Part shown: positions 1-13,231 of the stretch, one piece after another | Layout of the letters: every line of letters starts with the position of its first letter | How positions within the stretch are numbered: position 1 is the stretch's first letter | DNA from: Mobula hypostoma | Taxonomy: Eukaryota | Reading direction: 5' to 3' | NCBI RefSeq assembly: GCF_963921235.1 | Contig: NC_086097.1 | Span: forward strand, 35,404,001-35,468,000 | DNA length: 64,000 nt | Notes under the pieces: model-generated | Database searches by the model: none | What the model saw: the letters and a program-made list of their open reading frames with translations, nothing else | What the model was told of the DNA's origin: nothing | Translations under genes and position numbers: made by a program

Positions 1-739
1 TTGGCAAAAACTTTTCACTATTTCCTGCTGGGTACATGATGTTAGAAGTTGTCCCCCATGTGTTCAAGTACAATGAATAAAACACTTGAATGTTGGAACT
101 GTGCAAAAGGACAGTCAATATCAGTAAAGGGGAGAGATATCTTAATATTTTAGCTGTAACCAAATAGACAAGTATATGGAAAGATAAACAAACACTTTAA
201 GTGGATTAAAGTCAATAAAGCTATAGAGGGCAGGGATGGATTAAGCAACTGGTCAACCTCTTAAAAGGAAATAAACTGTTGGATGACTTAATGTGAATCA
301 ATGGGAAGACTTAAAAGAAAACATGAGAAGTTGAAGTGGTGAAATAGAAAACATATGTACAAGTAGGAGTTGAGTTTGCTGAGCCTTTGATAAGTCATTT
401 ATCCATTGACGGTTTTGCGATCTTCTTGACATGCTTCATATTTAAGACATGCACCAGCACATCCCACAGGGTGCATTAGAGATGTGCTTTGGAGCTCCAG
501 TGGTGTATAATTCAGTTTTAGGAATTTTACTTTAGTTTCCACCTCACAGATAATTGCCCAGGTCAAGAACCATACAGCAAATCTGGTCATAAACAAGATT
601 AAGCAGTGTGTTGTAAATGCAAAAGTATTTTCAGTTTAATTTATTCTACTTTGTTTTACTTCATCTCTTATAAAGAATTTCACAAAAAAAAAGTTGTGGT
701 GGGTTACTTCCCACTGTTTTCTTACGGGTCCTTGTTTAG

Positions 740-1240
740 CTATGGGCTTCATAGGCAAGGCCCTCCTTATCACTGAGCACATCTACAAGAAGCACTACCA
801 CAAGAAAGCAGCATCCATCATAACCCCCACCATACAGAGCATGAACTCTTCTTGCTGCTGCCATCAGTAAGGAGGTACAGGAGTGTTAGGTCCTGCACCA
901 TCAGGCTCAGGAGCATTTATTACCTTTCAACCATCAGGCTATTGAACTGGCATGGATAATTCCACTCAGATCAACTCTGAACTCCATAAACTATGATTCA
1001 CTTTTAAAGGGCTCTGCAACTTATATTCTCAGTATTTTTATTTACTTATTTTCTTTTTATTTGCACAGCTTGTCTTCTTTTGCACATTGGTTGTTTGTCA
1101 GTCTTTGTAGTTTGTCATTGATTGTATTGTATTTCTTTGTTCTACTGTGAATGCCTGCAAGAAAATGAATCTCAGGGTAGTATATGGTGATATACCTAAT
1201 ACAGTACGTACTTTGATATTGAATTGACTTTCAACTCTGA
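740..1240 (+). mobile_element. Degraded 3' end of Rex1/Babar-like LINE
   Basis: Eroded KAASII...LLPS.RRYRS coding motif, then a T-rich 3' UTR ending ...gtactttgatattgaattgactttcaactctgaa. Similar copies at ~17.6 kb, ~29.1 kb and ~39.2 kb (-). Confidence 0.65.
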
Positions 1241-1369
1241 ACATGCACTTTCATGTCTCCAGGTAGCGGTAACAAGAAATTTCAAACATATGCTGACCTA
1301 AACTGCTATATCTTGTGTTTTGGGGGAAAAAAAGTAAAAAGTATTATGGATACGTTATAATACCAGCCA

Positions 1370-1692
1370 TTCCACTGAGGCAAGGGGAGAAAAAAACCAG
1401 AGGACATGGGTTAAGGGTGAGGGGGGAAAAGTTTAAAGGGAACATTAGGGGGGGCTTCTTCACACAGAGAGAGGTGGGAGTATGGAATGAGCTGCCAGAC
1501 GAGGTGGTAAATGCGGGTTCTTTTTTAACATTTAAGAATAAATTGGACAGATACATGGATGGGAGGTGTATGGAGGGATATGGTCCGTGTGCAGGTCAGT
1601 GGGACTAGGCAGAAAATGGATCGGCACAGCCAAGAAGGGCCAAAGGGCCTGTTTCTGTGCTGTAGTTTCTATGGTTTCTATGGTTTCTATGT
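1370..1692 (+). mobile_element. CR1 LINE 3' end
   Basis: ORF 1315-1608 contains the CR1 ORF2 C-terminus TRGHGLRVRGEKFKGNIRGGFFTQREVGVWNELP...FKNKLDRYM, followed by a (ttctatggt)n tail. Confidence 0.9.
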
Positions 1693-2059
1693 TTAGGTCT
1701 TGATTGACAGCATGAACAATTGAAATTTAGTTGAAATAGAATCCATTCAATATTAGCAGTAACTTTGCCTGCATATTGAAAGAAAACTTACAATCTTTTG
1801 CAGGAAGAATTGCAAGGTAAATTGAGAATATCAGAATAATATGAATAATCTTTTATATATAATCATTAGAAATGTGAATGATTTCAGTTAGTAATTGGAA
1901 AGAAAATGAAACAAATTTTCATGTATTTGTGCAACATTTTAATAATTGCTCCTGCAAGTATTTTGTAATGAAGGGGTTCATTTTCCAACTTCAGCAAAAA
2001 TTAAACAAAACAAGGGCCTCATGATAGAAAGTGAGATAAATGGACTACTTTTGGAGCTT

Positions 2060-2230
2060 TCCTGAGTAAAATTATTGGCCAAGGATTCAGGAAAATGAGG
2101 TGCTCATCTTTGAGTAGTTTAGCATCAATTGCATACTCTTGAATATCCACAAGAGTTTAGGATATACTTTATACCTCAATTGGAAAGATGCTATTTACAA
2201 AACAGCATTTCACTGGCACTGCATATTACT
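2060..2230 (+). mobile_element. Possible heavily degraded Deu-domain SINE
   Basis: ...aaattattggccaagga...gaaagatg...cactggcactgcat loosely follows the Deu-domain order seen more clearly at 26.2 kb. Confidence 0.3.
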
Positions 2231-5029
2231 AGTTTTTGGGATAGAATCTGAATTCAGTATTGCTTAGCTTGGGGACACAAGGATAACCTTTAGCAGAACA
2301 GTAGTGCAATTCATCATTTCTGAGTTTCATTTCCAAGTTACTCTCAACAACTTACTCCCTGTCGTTTAGGTGAAAATCCCTTGTGGGATAGTAGCTGGAC
2401 AAATTGCAGTGATTTGATAAGTAATTGATAGGCTTCTGGAGACATTTCAATGGGTGGAATCTAAAGGAGGCTGATCGCTCAGTATCCAGTGATATTTTGT
2501 TGACTGCAGAGATTAGCTGCTCCCAGATGTGAGGGCATAAGGAAGAGTCAAGACTTGCAACTAGGTGAAGAGCCATGGTCACAACAGCGCCTACATTAAG
2601 CTTTCCCACTGACTGTGGCACCAGCTCCAGCCCCAGTTGTAACCTCAGAGCAGGATAAAGACCTCTTTGTTAGTCAGCCTCAAAGGGAATATTTATGCAA
2701 TCGCTTTCTGTCAACTCTAATGTTTTCTAGTTTGCCAATGGCTGTCATGTGAAAGGTTCATCATAATCCTTTTAAAGAGATGGGTATATTTAGTTTTATC
2801 TTGCCCGTGACCATAGGCAGAGAGAGCATGGGACTTTGTGAGTACTATAGAATTATCCCAAATGTGTGCTTATCTTTTCTTGGTGCTACGTCTCAATATT
2901 AGAATCTTAATACTACTGATTTCCAGCAGTGAATGACCACACACAGTAAAGTGTCCAGTCAAAGCCCGATTAATCCTATTAATGCCCAGTAAATGACAAA
3001 GGAGATCCACAGAAAACATGGAAACTGCTTATAATTCACAAGCCTATGAAGCATATATGTTTATATAAAGAAAGCCTTGTTGTTACTCAACGTGAAATAA
3101 AGCCAAACATCCGTGTGCTGAAATGGATTTAGATAACTCCCAAGGCGCTCTGCTGGACCTGATGAGACAATTCTCATAACTAATGGTGTTCTACTCCATG
3201 ATGCATAACTTTGTCACCATAAGCATTTAGTCATCGATCCCAGCTGTATGATGGACAGCTGAAGAGCAGGAAGAGGTTGAGATGGAAGAAAAGGAAGAGT
3301 GGACCCAGCCTGGACGGAATCTTTCTTCTCAAAGATTCCACCTGACTACTATTCCATTAACCACAATCTGAACCCCCTGCTCTCTCATCACCAACCATTA
3401 CAGTGTCAGCTTGGCAGAGCACAGAAAGATAACAATATTCCAAACAAAAGTTATAAGCTAAATCATGACAAAATAATCAACTTGTCCTTGTGCACCCTTT
3501 TGCTGTTAATCTTCCAAGTGGATTTACCAATTCCCATCTTCCTACTAAAATAACTGTGTCCCAGCTGGTGGACAGCTGGTGATTTTCAGGTCTGGTGGTT
3601 ACAGAATACCTTGCAGGACAAAGTCCGCCAATGCTGACCTTATGAACTATGAACTTCACTCTGTAATTGGTTAGAAGCAGACCCTGGCCGCTTACTATTT
3701 AGCAGGCTAGTGTAGAGGCAGTAATTGGAAAATAAATATTGTCATCCTGAAGTAGGTATCAGTTTCCGCTGTGCTCCCCAGGAGCATTACCTCAGCTTTC
3801 CTGTAGAGCAGCCATTGGCCAGCTGTGAAATGCTGTGACCACTTTTACACATTAATTCTCATCCGTTAAGGCAGACAGTTGAGCCTCCACGGGGACACTC
3901 AGATTTTGAGTTGCTGTTGTTTGTAGTCGTGGAATTGAAGAAAATTATGCCACAAAAACAGACCATACAGCCTTGGGGCTCTTTGTGGGTGGCCATGAGA
4001 CATTACATCATAGCTGCCTCTCTAACTATGCAAATAGAGTTGACTACCGGTTTCAACTGGAAATGAAAAGCTGCAGGTTTGGGAAGATCTCTGTAGCAAT
4101 TTAAACCAGCCTCTCCCTTTCTTCTTTAAATTAAGAGCTGATTTTATTTTTGGAAAGCTTCTCTGTAATTTAAAGCGTCATTGAGCACATCCGAAAGCCT
4201 TCAGCTGTATGGATTTTCTCATTTGAGTCCTCTAGAGAGAAAAAAAGTCTTTGTAAACCCATTCTATACCTTCCTCCTAACTTAGGTTAGAAGCCATTCA
4301 TGCCAGGTGCATAACCAGGTGAAGATTTTTAAGTCATCCTGTGAGTTATAGATCATACCAGTGTGAAATTGATAGTGTATCTTTGCTATTACTGTCTCCT
4401 TGAAGAATGAGGATCCCTTCTAGCCATGCCCGAAGCATCAAGCATCCCATGGCTTGCCAGCATTGTCTCTGCCTGACATTCAAACACTGTCCATCCTCCG
4501 CCACTTAGCTCCTGCTGTCAACAGCCACGTCCACCATCTCCAGTAAACTAGCAGAGGGTACACCCGTTCGTGTTGTGCGATATTTGTGCAATATGGTTGC
4601 CATATTATGGCCTGTGTGCAAAGAGCAGAATTGAGTCTTGCATTAGTGCAAGGTGTGGGAGACCACTTTTGAGCCAATGAATGTTAGGAGAGAACTGATT
4701 GTTGATAGGTGAGTCAAGAGAGAGTGCAGTGTCCTTAGCATTGCCTGAGGTTAATGATGGGTCACATTAACTACATTAGTTTTATAAATTTTCAGATTTA
4801 AATTTCCACTTACAGCATTGATATTCCAAGATTTCAAGTGACCTGTGCCAGAGAAATTGGTATGTATTATGGAAATGTTCCTTATTTACAGGGTCTATAT
4901 ACTGTTAAGCACTCGCCATGATTTCCCATGGCAAGTCTGATAGGTACGTGCATAAAGGCTGCAGTTTCTTGAAACGTGACGAGTGGTGTTCAGTTCTTGA
5001 ATCTCTGCACTCAGTAATTTTTATAAAAG

Positions 5030-5912
5030 AAGGGGTAAGGTGGGTTAGTAAGTTCACAGATGATAGAAAAGTTGGTGGGATTGTGGATAGTGTGGAAGGT
5101 TGTTTTAGGTTACAACAGGACACTGACAAAATGCAGAACTTGGCTGAGGAACGGCAGATGGTGTCCAATCTGGTAAAGTGTGAAGTGATTCAATTTAGAG
5201 CGTTGAACCTGAAGACAGAATGCAAAATTATTAGTAGGATTCCTAGCAGGGTGGAGGAACAGAGGGATTTTGAGGTCCAAGCCCACAGATCCCTAAAAGT
5301 TGGCACACAAGTTGATAGTGTGGTTAAGAAGATGTATGGTGTGTGGGTTTTCATTAGTTGGGGGATTGAGTTCAAGAGCCACGAGATAATGTTGCAGCTC
5401 TGTAAAACCCTGGTTAGACCACACTTGGAGTATTGTGTTCAGTTCTAGTTGACTCATTATAGGATGAATGCTGAAGCTTTAGAGAGGGTGCAGAGGAGCT
5501 TTACCAGGATGCTGCCTATCTTATGAGGAAAGGTTGAGTTGAGCAGGCTAGGGCTTTCCTCTTTGGAGTGAAGGAGGATGAGAGGTGACTTGATGCAGGC
5601 ATAGACAGGGTGGAATGCCAGGACCTATTTTCCATGACAGCTCCTCTTTTAGGGAGAATGGAGGGAAGTTTAGGAAGATGTCAGAAGCAGGTTTTTGACA
5701 CAGGGAGTAGCAAGTGTGTGGAACACACTGCCAAGGGTGATGTTTGAGGCAAATACTGTACATTAGGGTGATTTAAGAGGCTCTTTGATTGCTTCATGGA
5801 TAATAGCAAAAAGGTATATGTGGGAGGGTTAAATTGATCTTGGAGTAGGTTAAAAGGTCACTACAATTGTGGCCCAAAGGCCTGTACTCTGCTATCCCAT
5901 TCTGTGTTCTAT
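5030..5912 (+). mobile_element. CR1 LINE fragment (RT C-terminal half to 3' end), degraded
   Basis: ORF 4918-5448: SKFTDDRKVGG (FADD-like), LQQDTDKM, KCEVIQF, LVRPHLEYCVQF. A CR1-type 3' UTR follows. Confidence 0.9.
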
Positions 5913-6314
5913 GCAGGAAGACTGAGACTCTATTTTCACAAAATTAATAAAGCAAATCAGAATCAGGTTTAATATCACCGGCATACATCGCAAAATCATC
6001 CGTCAATCACGGTTATTCATAATTCAAGTGATAACTTTCTCTTGTTCAAAGTTATTCATGTTTGGATGATTAAACATACCTTATTCTGCCTCCTGGTATT
6101 TGTTTCTAATAGATGGACAGTGGTTACTATTAGTATCTGTCAACACCCATCTGGTCAAGAAATCTATGGTTTTAGAATTGCCTGTGATAAAATATGTTTT
6201 GGATGCTTTCCATTAGTTTTTTTGTAACAATGTAAATAATTATGAGAGGTAAAATGAAACTTTTACTTAAAAATTGAATTATGCTACATGAAATTTAGTA
6301 ATTTTAAAAGTACA

Positions 6315-6465
6315 TCTTTGGAATGTGGGAGGAAACAGCAGTACCCAGGGAAAAGCCATGCATCCCAGAAGGAGGACGTAGAGAGACTCCTTACGGAACA
6401 GCGCTGGAATTGAACTCCAAGCTCCTGAAAGCCCCGAGCTGTACTAGCATTATGTTACTATGACA
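6315..6465 (-). mobile_element. tRNA-derived V-SINE-like fragment
   Basis: ttggaatgtgggaggaaac is the reverse complement of the V-domain core gtttcctcccacattccaa. ggaattgaac is the reverse complement of a B box. Confidence 0.6.
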
Positions 6466-7204
6466 ACGGTTATCCTCTGGGCCATGTAATGACATAATAA
6501 TTGTTGGTAAATGGCGATGAAGATTCAACATGCTTTAAGCAGTTATGTAAATGGTTAATAAAGCTGAAAGACTGGGGTATTTAAATTGGAGTTATTAATT
6601 TGTTCTCGGTGTAGTACTCTCAGAATCTGATGTCATGACAGTGAGTCAGACCTATGTTACACAATGGTATTTTTCTGGGAAACTTATTTAATAAATGTCA
6701 GATTGTTTTTCTTATTAGAGTAGTGATAGCAGTGAGAGTAATGGTTAAATCATGTATTTTGGAAGCAGTTCATGCAGGTAAACTATTTTATGCTAGGGAA
6801 TAGGCAATCTATTTAAAGGGCAATAAGTGCAGAGTTATGAGTGTTATTTGAAGCTTAACGGGGTCCAGAATATAGGACACAGGTGGTTGTGTTATAGGAG
6901 CTTTTGAGGAATTGTTTTATTAAACAATTCCATTGTTAAAATGATGCCTTTGTGGGTACAATATCCTCCCCTTGGTGAGTAGGTAGGGGTGCTTCCTCGT
7001 GCTGGTTACAGGGTGGAGGATACAGTAAGAGCATGTAATGTCAAGGGTCGTGCTGGAGGAGGAAGTACATGTTCTTATCAGATTAGGCATGATTTCTGTA
7101 TTGTGACTTGGTGGTAATTGAGGGGGTTCATTGGAAGAATTTCTCTGGCAGTGCTTTGGAAAATCTGCAATCTTTGAAATAGAACTTCTGTTTTGTAAAC
7201 TCCT

Positions 7205-7400
7205 TCGAAGCCCTTCCTCACACCTGTCAGCTTGTACTCCTTCCCCGCCTGCTACCTTATTATTCTGGCTTCAGCCCCCTTCATTTCCAGTCCTGGCCTG
7301 AAACGTCAGCTGTTTGTTCCCCTCTATAGACGCTACCTGACCTGCTGAGTTCCTTCAGCATTTTGTGTGCATTGCTGAAGATTTCCAGCATCTGCAGATC
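7205..7400 (+). mobile_element. PLE 3' terminal fragment with partly deleted hammerhead
   Basis: agtcctg|gcctgaaacgtc (core shortened), then ...ctgacctgctgagttc...tttccagcatctgcag as in the PLE end at 17.2 kb. Confidence 0.75.
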
Positions 7401-8214
7401 AGCAGTGTTCACAACACAGTGTCGGCTTTAAGACTGAAAACCTTCCATTTGAAAGCTATTGTGTTTTTGGTCTGCAATCCATCCCACGGGGAAAATAGTG
7501 GCAGATTTAAAGTTTGGTCTTCCTTAGGCTGCCTTAGAAACAGCTGGCCTCAATCTGTTCAGGATGGAGCAGGAACTTGTCACAAGCTTGACGGACTTCT
7601 TACTGGGAACCAGTCAAAATCATATAAATAGCTGCCGACTATGACCAAAGTCAGCATCAGTCCTTTAAATTGCTGCAGTGGAAAGGCTTTAATGTCAATT
7701 GTATATTCTGGTTATTGACAGTATTTTGGAAAAATGCTAGATGATTTTCTGTTAATCACATCTATCGTGATTCCTGTGATTGGAAAGGAAATCAATTTCG
7801 TCATATATTGTGGTTGAAATGTTATGAATGTTCCTGATGGTTCTTCATGAACCTGTAACTTGTTTGCCAGGTTAGATTTTTTTACAGCACTCTAAGAGAG
7901 TCTAAGAAATACCTGCATGGGATGGAAAAGGAGGAAGAGGGCCTTGATTAGTCTGTTCTTCCATTTATGGACAATGGTGCATTAATACCACCTCCAGGTA
8001 GGCAGCTTGGTTGCCATGGATGAGTTGGGCCAAAGGGCCTGTTTCCATGGGTACAAATCTATGACTTTATAAGCCTGGACCCACTCCTTTTGTCCTATGA
8101 TAGACTGCCAGTGAGAAATCGAGGGATGAATAATTTGAAATATCCCTCATTGCCCAATCATTCCTGGCACCATGCCATCTGGTTTTGGGTGGGTTAACGG
8201 ATCTACTTATTCAT

Positions 8215-8772
8215 ACAGAGGACACAGAACTGGAAAAGGCTATTTGGGACACTATGTCCATACTGAATATGATGCCAAATTAAAGTAAATCTCTTTTGCT
8301 GGAACAGATCCATATCCCTCCATTCCCTGAATATCCGTGGGTCTATCTAACAGCGTCTTAAACAACACTTCCACATGGGCTTCCATCACTATGCCTGCCA
8401 TCCCGTTCAGGCACCTACCTACTCTCTGTGTGAAACACTTGCACATCACATGTCCGCTGAACTTTCACCCTCTAGTCTTATACGTATGTCCTCTAGTATT
8501 TAACATTTCTACTCTGAAAAAAAGATTCTGACTGGTCTACCCCATCTATTTGCATAATTTTATAAACCTCTATCAGTTCTTCTGTCAGCCTTTGATGCTC
8601 CAAAGGAAACAATCCAGATTTGTCCAACGTCTTACCCCCTCATCCAGACAGCATCTTGGTACATCTCTTTCAAGCTGCACGTCCTTCCTGTAATGGGGCG
8701 ACCAGAATTGCACACGATGCACTGTGTGTGGTCTATCCACAGGGTTTATGTAGCTACAACATGACTTCCTTA
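8215..8772 (-). mobile_element. CR1 LINE 3' fragment, degraded
   Basis: Minus strand encodes CFTQRVGRCLN...FKTLLDR, the CR1 C-terminus. Confidence 0.8.
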
Positions 8773-8804
8773 TTTCATTTTATTTGTGTCCATTCATTTT
8801 GTTG

Positions 8805-9372
8805 ACGGGGTGCGGTAGCACAGTGGTCGGGATACTGGTGGCAGGGTCCAGGCCCAGAGTGTATCGAAGCGACAGGGCCCGGATCCTAGATCGGCAAACG
8901 ATCTTATGTTTGGATGATTTAAACGCTGGGCCAGATGGATTGAAAAGGCAGGGTGTCGGGACCAGAGGCCAGAGTCCGGCTCGTTCTGCCCGCCGTTCTG
9001 CGACGTTTACTTGGCTCTGTGCTGAACTGCGGCTGAGGCAGTGGGCTGCTCCCGCTGCTCAGGGCGTCACGTCTGTGGGTTCTGTGACACTTACTCAGCT
9101 TGGTGCTGAACTGAAACTGAGGATGTGGCTGCCCTGGCTGCCCAGGCTGCCCCAGGCTTCGTGTCTGTGGACTCACTTTCACTCTGAATTTTTTTATTGT
9201 TTGCACAATTTTTTTTTTCTCTGCACATTGGATGTTTGACGGCCTTCTTTTGTTTATGGGTTCTTTTGGGTTTCTTTGTTTTTTATGGCTACCTATAAGG
9301 AGTCAAATGTCAATGTTGTGTAATGTATACATACTTTGATAATAAGTATACTTTTGACTTTTTGAACTTTGT
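8805..9372 (+). mobile_element. Unclassified short retroposon with a Rex1/Babar-like 3' tail
   Basis: GC-rich body followed by the T-rich tail ...atactttgataataa...tttgaacttt shared with the LINE 3' ends at ~1.2 kb and ~17.9 kb. Confidence 0.45.
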
Positions 9373-9603
9373 ATCATGGAAGCTATTAACATCAAAAGCT
9401 GTCGAGATAACATCAATCAGCATCTTAAAACAGGAAATTACAAAATAAAACTGAGTGTCCATTGTTTGTTAGAACTGGAATTAGAATATGAAGTTATTTG
9501 CTGTAAAGATTCAGGACAGAAGTCCTTAGATACGTTAAGAAGATATTACATTGCAGATGTCAGAAATATGAAATTTCAAAAATTAACAAAACGGAGGTAA
9601 ATA

Positions 9604-9775
9604 GATTCTGCAGATTCTGTAAATTTGGAGCAACACACACAAAATGCTGGAGGAGCTCAGCAGGTCAGGCAGCATCTATGGAGGAAAATGATCAGACAAT
9701 GTGTTGGACTGAGACACCTCATCAGAACTCATGAAGGGCCTTAGCCAGAAATGCTGACCTTTCATCTCCCTCCAA
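9604..9775. mobile_element. Old PLE terminal foldback fragment
   Basis: Minus-sense PLE end (ctgcag...caacacacacaaaatgctggagga.ctcagcaggtcaggcagcatct), then a sense, degraded hammerhead-like stretch (atgaagggccttagccagaaatgctgac). Confidence 0.6.
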
Positions 9776-10094
9776 TGAAGGAAATGTTCAGCATGTCTAA
9801 GTAATTAAGGCTAATTATTACGTACTGTAAATGGATTGTTGCAAAATGCTGTGAAGAGGTGCATGCTGCTGACTGATGTATAAGCACTAGGTTGGAAAAA
9901 GAACTGCGGACATCCGAAATCTGAAACGTTGTGAAAGTGATGGAAGTACTTAGATCGGAAGAAATTAGATGAGTTGATATTTCAGCTGTGGGCAATGTCT
10001 CAGAATTGTTGGATGTTATAAATGAACACAATTTAAAAGGGAACAGAATATCAGGCAAGAGATAGAACCAGATGTAAATTGACTAAGTGGCTAT

Positions 10095-10995
10095 GTGTAA
10101 CAGCCCATGTTCCAAGCTTTCCCTGACTCTTTCTCTGCTGCATCGGTGACTACATTGGTCCTGATTCATGCACACATGTTGAGCTCGTCAATTTCATTAA
10201 CTTTGCCCCCAACTTCCACCCTACCCTTAAATTCATTTGGTCCATTTCTGGCACCTCCCTCTCCTTTCCTGATCTCTCTGTCTCCATCTCTGGAGACAAA
10301 CCTACTGATTCCCATGGTTATCTTGACTATACCTCTTCCTATCCTGTCTCCTGTAAAAATAGTAATCCCTTTTCTCAGTTCCTTTGTCTCTGCTGGATCT
10401 GTTCTCGGGATGAGGTTGTCCTTTCCAGGACATCTGATGTCCTCCTTCTTCAAAGGACCGAGGTTCGCTTCCTCCTCCATTGATGCCGCCCTCACCTACA
10501 TCTCCTCCATTTCCCGGATCATCCACGCTCACCCAATCTTCCTGCCTCCTTAACAATGATAGCATTCCTCTTGTCCTTACCTGCCAACCCATGAGCCTCC
10601 ACAACTAGCATATCAACCCCGCCATCTCCAAAGAGATCCCTCTTCTATTCCCCACTCTGGCCTCTTACCTTTTCTCACCTGCATATCACCTGTCTCCGAT
10701 GTCACTCTCTTTCCTTTCTCCTATGGTCCATCCACTTTCCTCTCCTATCAGATGCCTTCCTCTCCAGCCCTTTCCCTTTCCTACCCTCCTGGCTTCACTT
10801 CCCAGCTATCCTCCTTCCCCTCTCCCCACCCTTTTATTCTGGCATCTTCCACCTTCCTTTCCAGTCCTGAAGAAGGGTCTCGGCCCAAAACATTGACTGT
10901 TTATTCCTTTCCATAGATGCTGCCTGACCTGCTGAGTTCCTCCAGCATTTTGTGCATTCTGCTTTGAACTTCCAGCATCTGCAGAATTTCTTTTG
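10095..10995 (+). mobile_element. PLE fragment (RT C-terminus plus 3' end), degraded
   Basis: Collinear with 15780-17275 (FPDS...aacttccaccct.cc.t.aa.tt.a..tggtccattt...; pyrimidine-rich 3' UTR; degraded hammerhead at 10863-10898). Confidence 0.85.
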
Positions 10996-11877
10996 TTTAT
11001 AATAAAATGGCTCAATGCTTTTATGTTTCCCCACTAGCTCTGCTACTTACATATTCTCATCTTTTTGCATAGAGTGTTAATTTCTAATATTCTGATCCCC
11101 TGTTGTTTTGAGTTAATGGAGATGATTGATGACAATAGACTAGTAGACGTTGTCGGCTGGACTTCAGTAAAGCCTTTGACGAGGTCCTTCATGGTAGGCT
11201 GGTCCAGAAGATTAGATCACATGGGATCCATAGTAAGTTGATAATTTGGATCCAAAAATGGCATTATCATCGAAGTCCGAGAGATGCTTTTTTCTGAGTG
11301 GAGGTTTGTGATCAGTGATGTTCTGCGAGGATCAGTGCTGGGATCTCTATTGTTTGCAATGTAAAAGTTAGTGATGTGAATGAAAAGATCTGATCAGTTA
11401 GTCTGCAGGTGACATGAAAATCGGTGGAGTGGGGAAGCTTGGCAATGAATACAACATGATGGAGATCAATTGAAATTCCAAGTGGAGAAATGGCAGTTGA
11501 AATTTAACCTGGACAAATGTGAGGTGTTGCTTTCTGGGATATCAAATGCAAGAGGTAAGAATTCAGCAAAAGGAAGCATCCTTATGAGCTTTGACATACA
11601 GAGGTGATTTTGGAGTGCTCCCTGAAAGAGGCTAAGGTACTAAGGAAGGTCTATGGCATGCCTGCCTTCATTGGTCAGAGCACAAAAGTCAGGAAGTCAT
11701 GTTGCACAGTTATAACACTTTGGTTAGGTCACTTTTGGAGTATTTTACTAAGTTCTGATTGCTACACTATAAGAAGGACTGGAGTGTATTAGCTATAAGG
11801 AGATGTTAAACAAACTTGGTTTTTCATGGTTCTATGAAAGCAAAGGGTAGATCTAATAGAAATATATAAAATAATTA

Positions 11878-12636
11878 TAAAATTGTACATCGTTATCATT
11901 TGATGAAAGAGAGACTTTCTAAAATCTTTTCTGATGTTGATAGTTATTGTGATAGATGTAAAACGGAGATAACTATAGTGACACATATGTTTTGGTCTTG
12001 TTCTATATTGGAACAGTTCTGGAAGTCAGTTTTTTCAACAATTTCTAAAGCACTTAAAATTAATCTACAATCTAATAAATTAACTGTGCTTTTTGGAATA
12101 ATTCCTCAAAATATTCATGGTATTTCTATGTCTGGCCAACATGTTATTGCATTTGTTACATTGATAGCTAGGAGATCCATTTTGTTGAAATGGAAGGATA
12201 CATCAGCTCCCACTTTGTCACAATGGTTCTCTCACGTGATGCTATGCCTTAGTTTGGAGAAAATTAGAAGTCGAACCTTTGAACCTTTATTTAATTTTGA
12301 GAAAAGATGGGGCTCATTTGCTCGTTATTATCATTTGAGCTAATTGATAGATTTTCTCCACGATCTAATTGTAAGCTTTTTGGTATATTTTCTTTTCTTG
12401 TGGCGGTTTGATGTTTATCTTTAGAAGCTTTTCATATGACACATGGCTCTGGGGTTGTACACCTAATGGGTTTTTTTTCTCACTTTTTCTGCTTAGTAGG
12501 TTTTTTTTGTTATCACGAATTTTTTTTCGATCTTTAAGATAATGTCTTTTTTGGGACATTGTAAGTGTTGCTACTTCGATGTACTCGTGTTATTTCTTTT
12601 GTATAATATAACAACAAAAAGATTTGAAAAGAAAAG
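11878..12636 (+). mobile_element. 5'-truncated L1/Tx1-group LINE (ORF2 CCHC C-terminus, 3' UTR, A-rich tail)
   Basis: KIVHRYHL...CDRCKTEITIVTHMFWSC...ARRSILLKWK (zf-RVT type). A-rich tail gaaaagaaaag. 10-bp direct repeat AAAATAATTA at 11868-11877 and 12637-12646. Confidence 0.85.
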
Positions 12637-12813
12637 AAAATAATTAGACCCATAGGTAGGGTGGATAGTCAACATCTTTTCCTCAGGGTGAAAACATCAA
12701 ATACTAACGGGCATAGATTTTAGGTGAGATGCATGTTTGAAGGAGATGCACCAGGTAGATTTTTTTTTGCACCTGGGAAGGTGGGGGAAAGTAGATATGA
12801 TAGCCACATTTAA

Positions 12814-13231
12814 CCCTTACATACAGTTCATATTCTATACCTTCACAGTATGGTCCGGGTCAATTTGACCTGGCCCAAGAATCCCCTCATAACAAGTGTC
12901 TATACCAAATTTTGAACCACAGATCTATTTAGAATGTATAAATAGCCTATCTGACATTAGTAAATGGGTGATTAATCCTTAATTAATGTTTCAGAGATGT
13001 AAAATCCATTTCAATAGATACAGGTCAAATTTGAGCCGGAACAGCCTCAATGTACAAAAATTTGTAGCAGCTGTACAAAAGTATAAAATTTTTAAATATT
13101 TTAATTTTTGCGCATTTTGGGTCACATTAGGAAAAGTCATCAAATTTCAGCTAAAAAAATGGCGTATAGGGTGTTTTTACTGCTGTCAAATGTCAAAACG
13201 GGTCAAATTTGACCTGAACAGTATGTAAGGG
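12814..13231. mobile_element. piggyBac-type non-autonomous DNA transposon (MITE), 418 bp
   Basis: TTAA on both sides (12810-12813, 13232-13235). TIRs CCCTTACATACAGTTCA / TGAACAGTATGTAAGGG (1 mismatch in 17). Confidence 0.9.

Noticed and set aside
7528..7644. Acceptor plus short open frame (AALETAGLNLFRMEQELV...)
   Set aside because: No donor or upstream partner and no recognisable homology; expected by chance.
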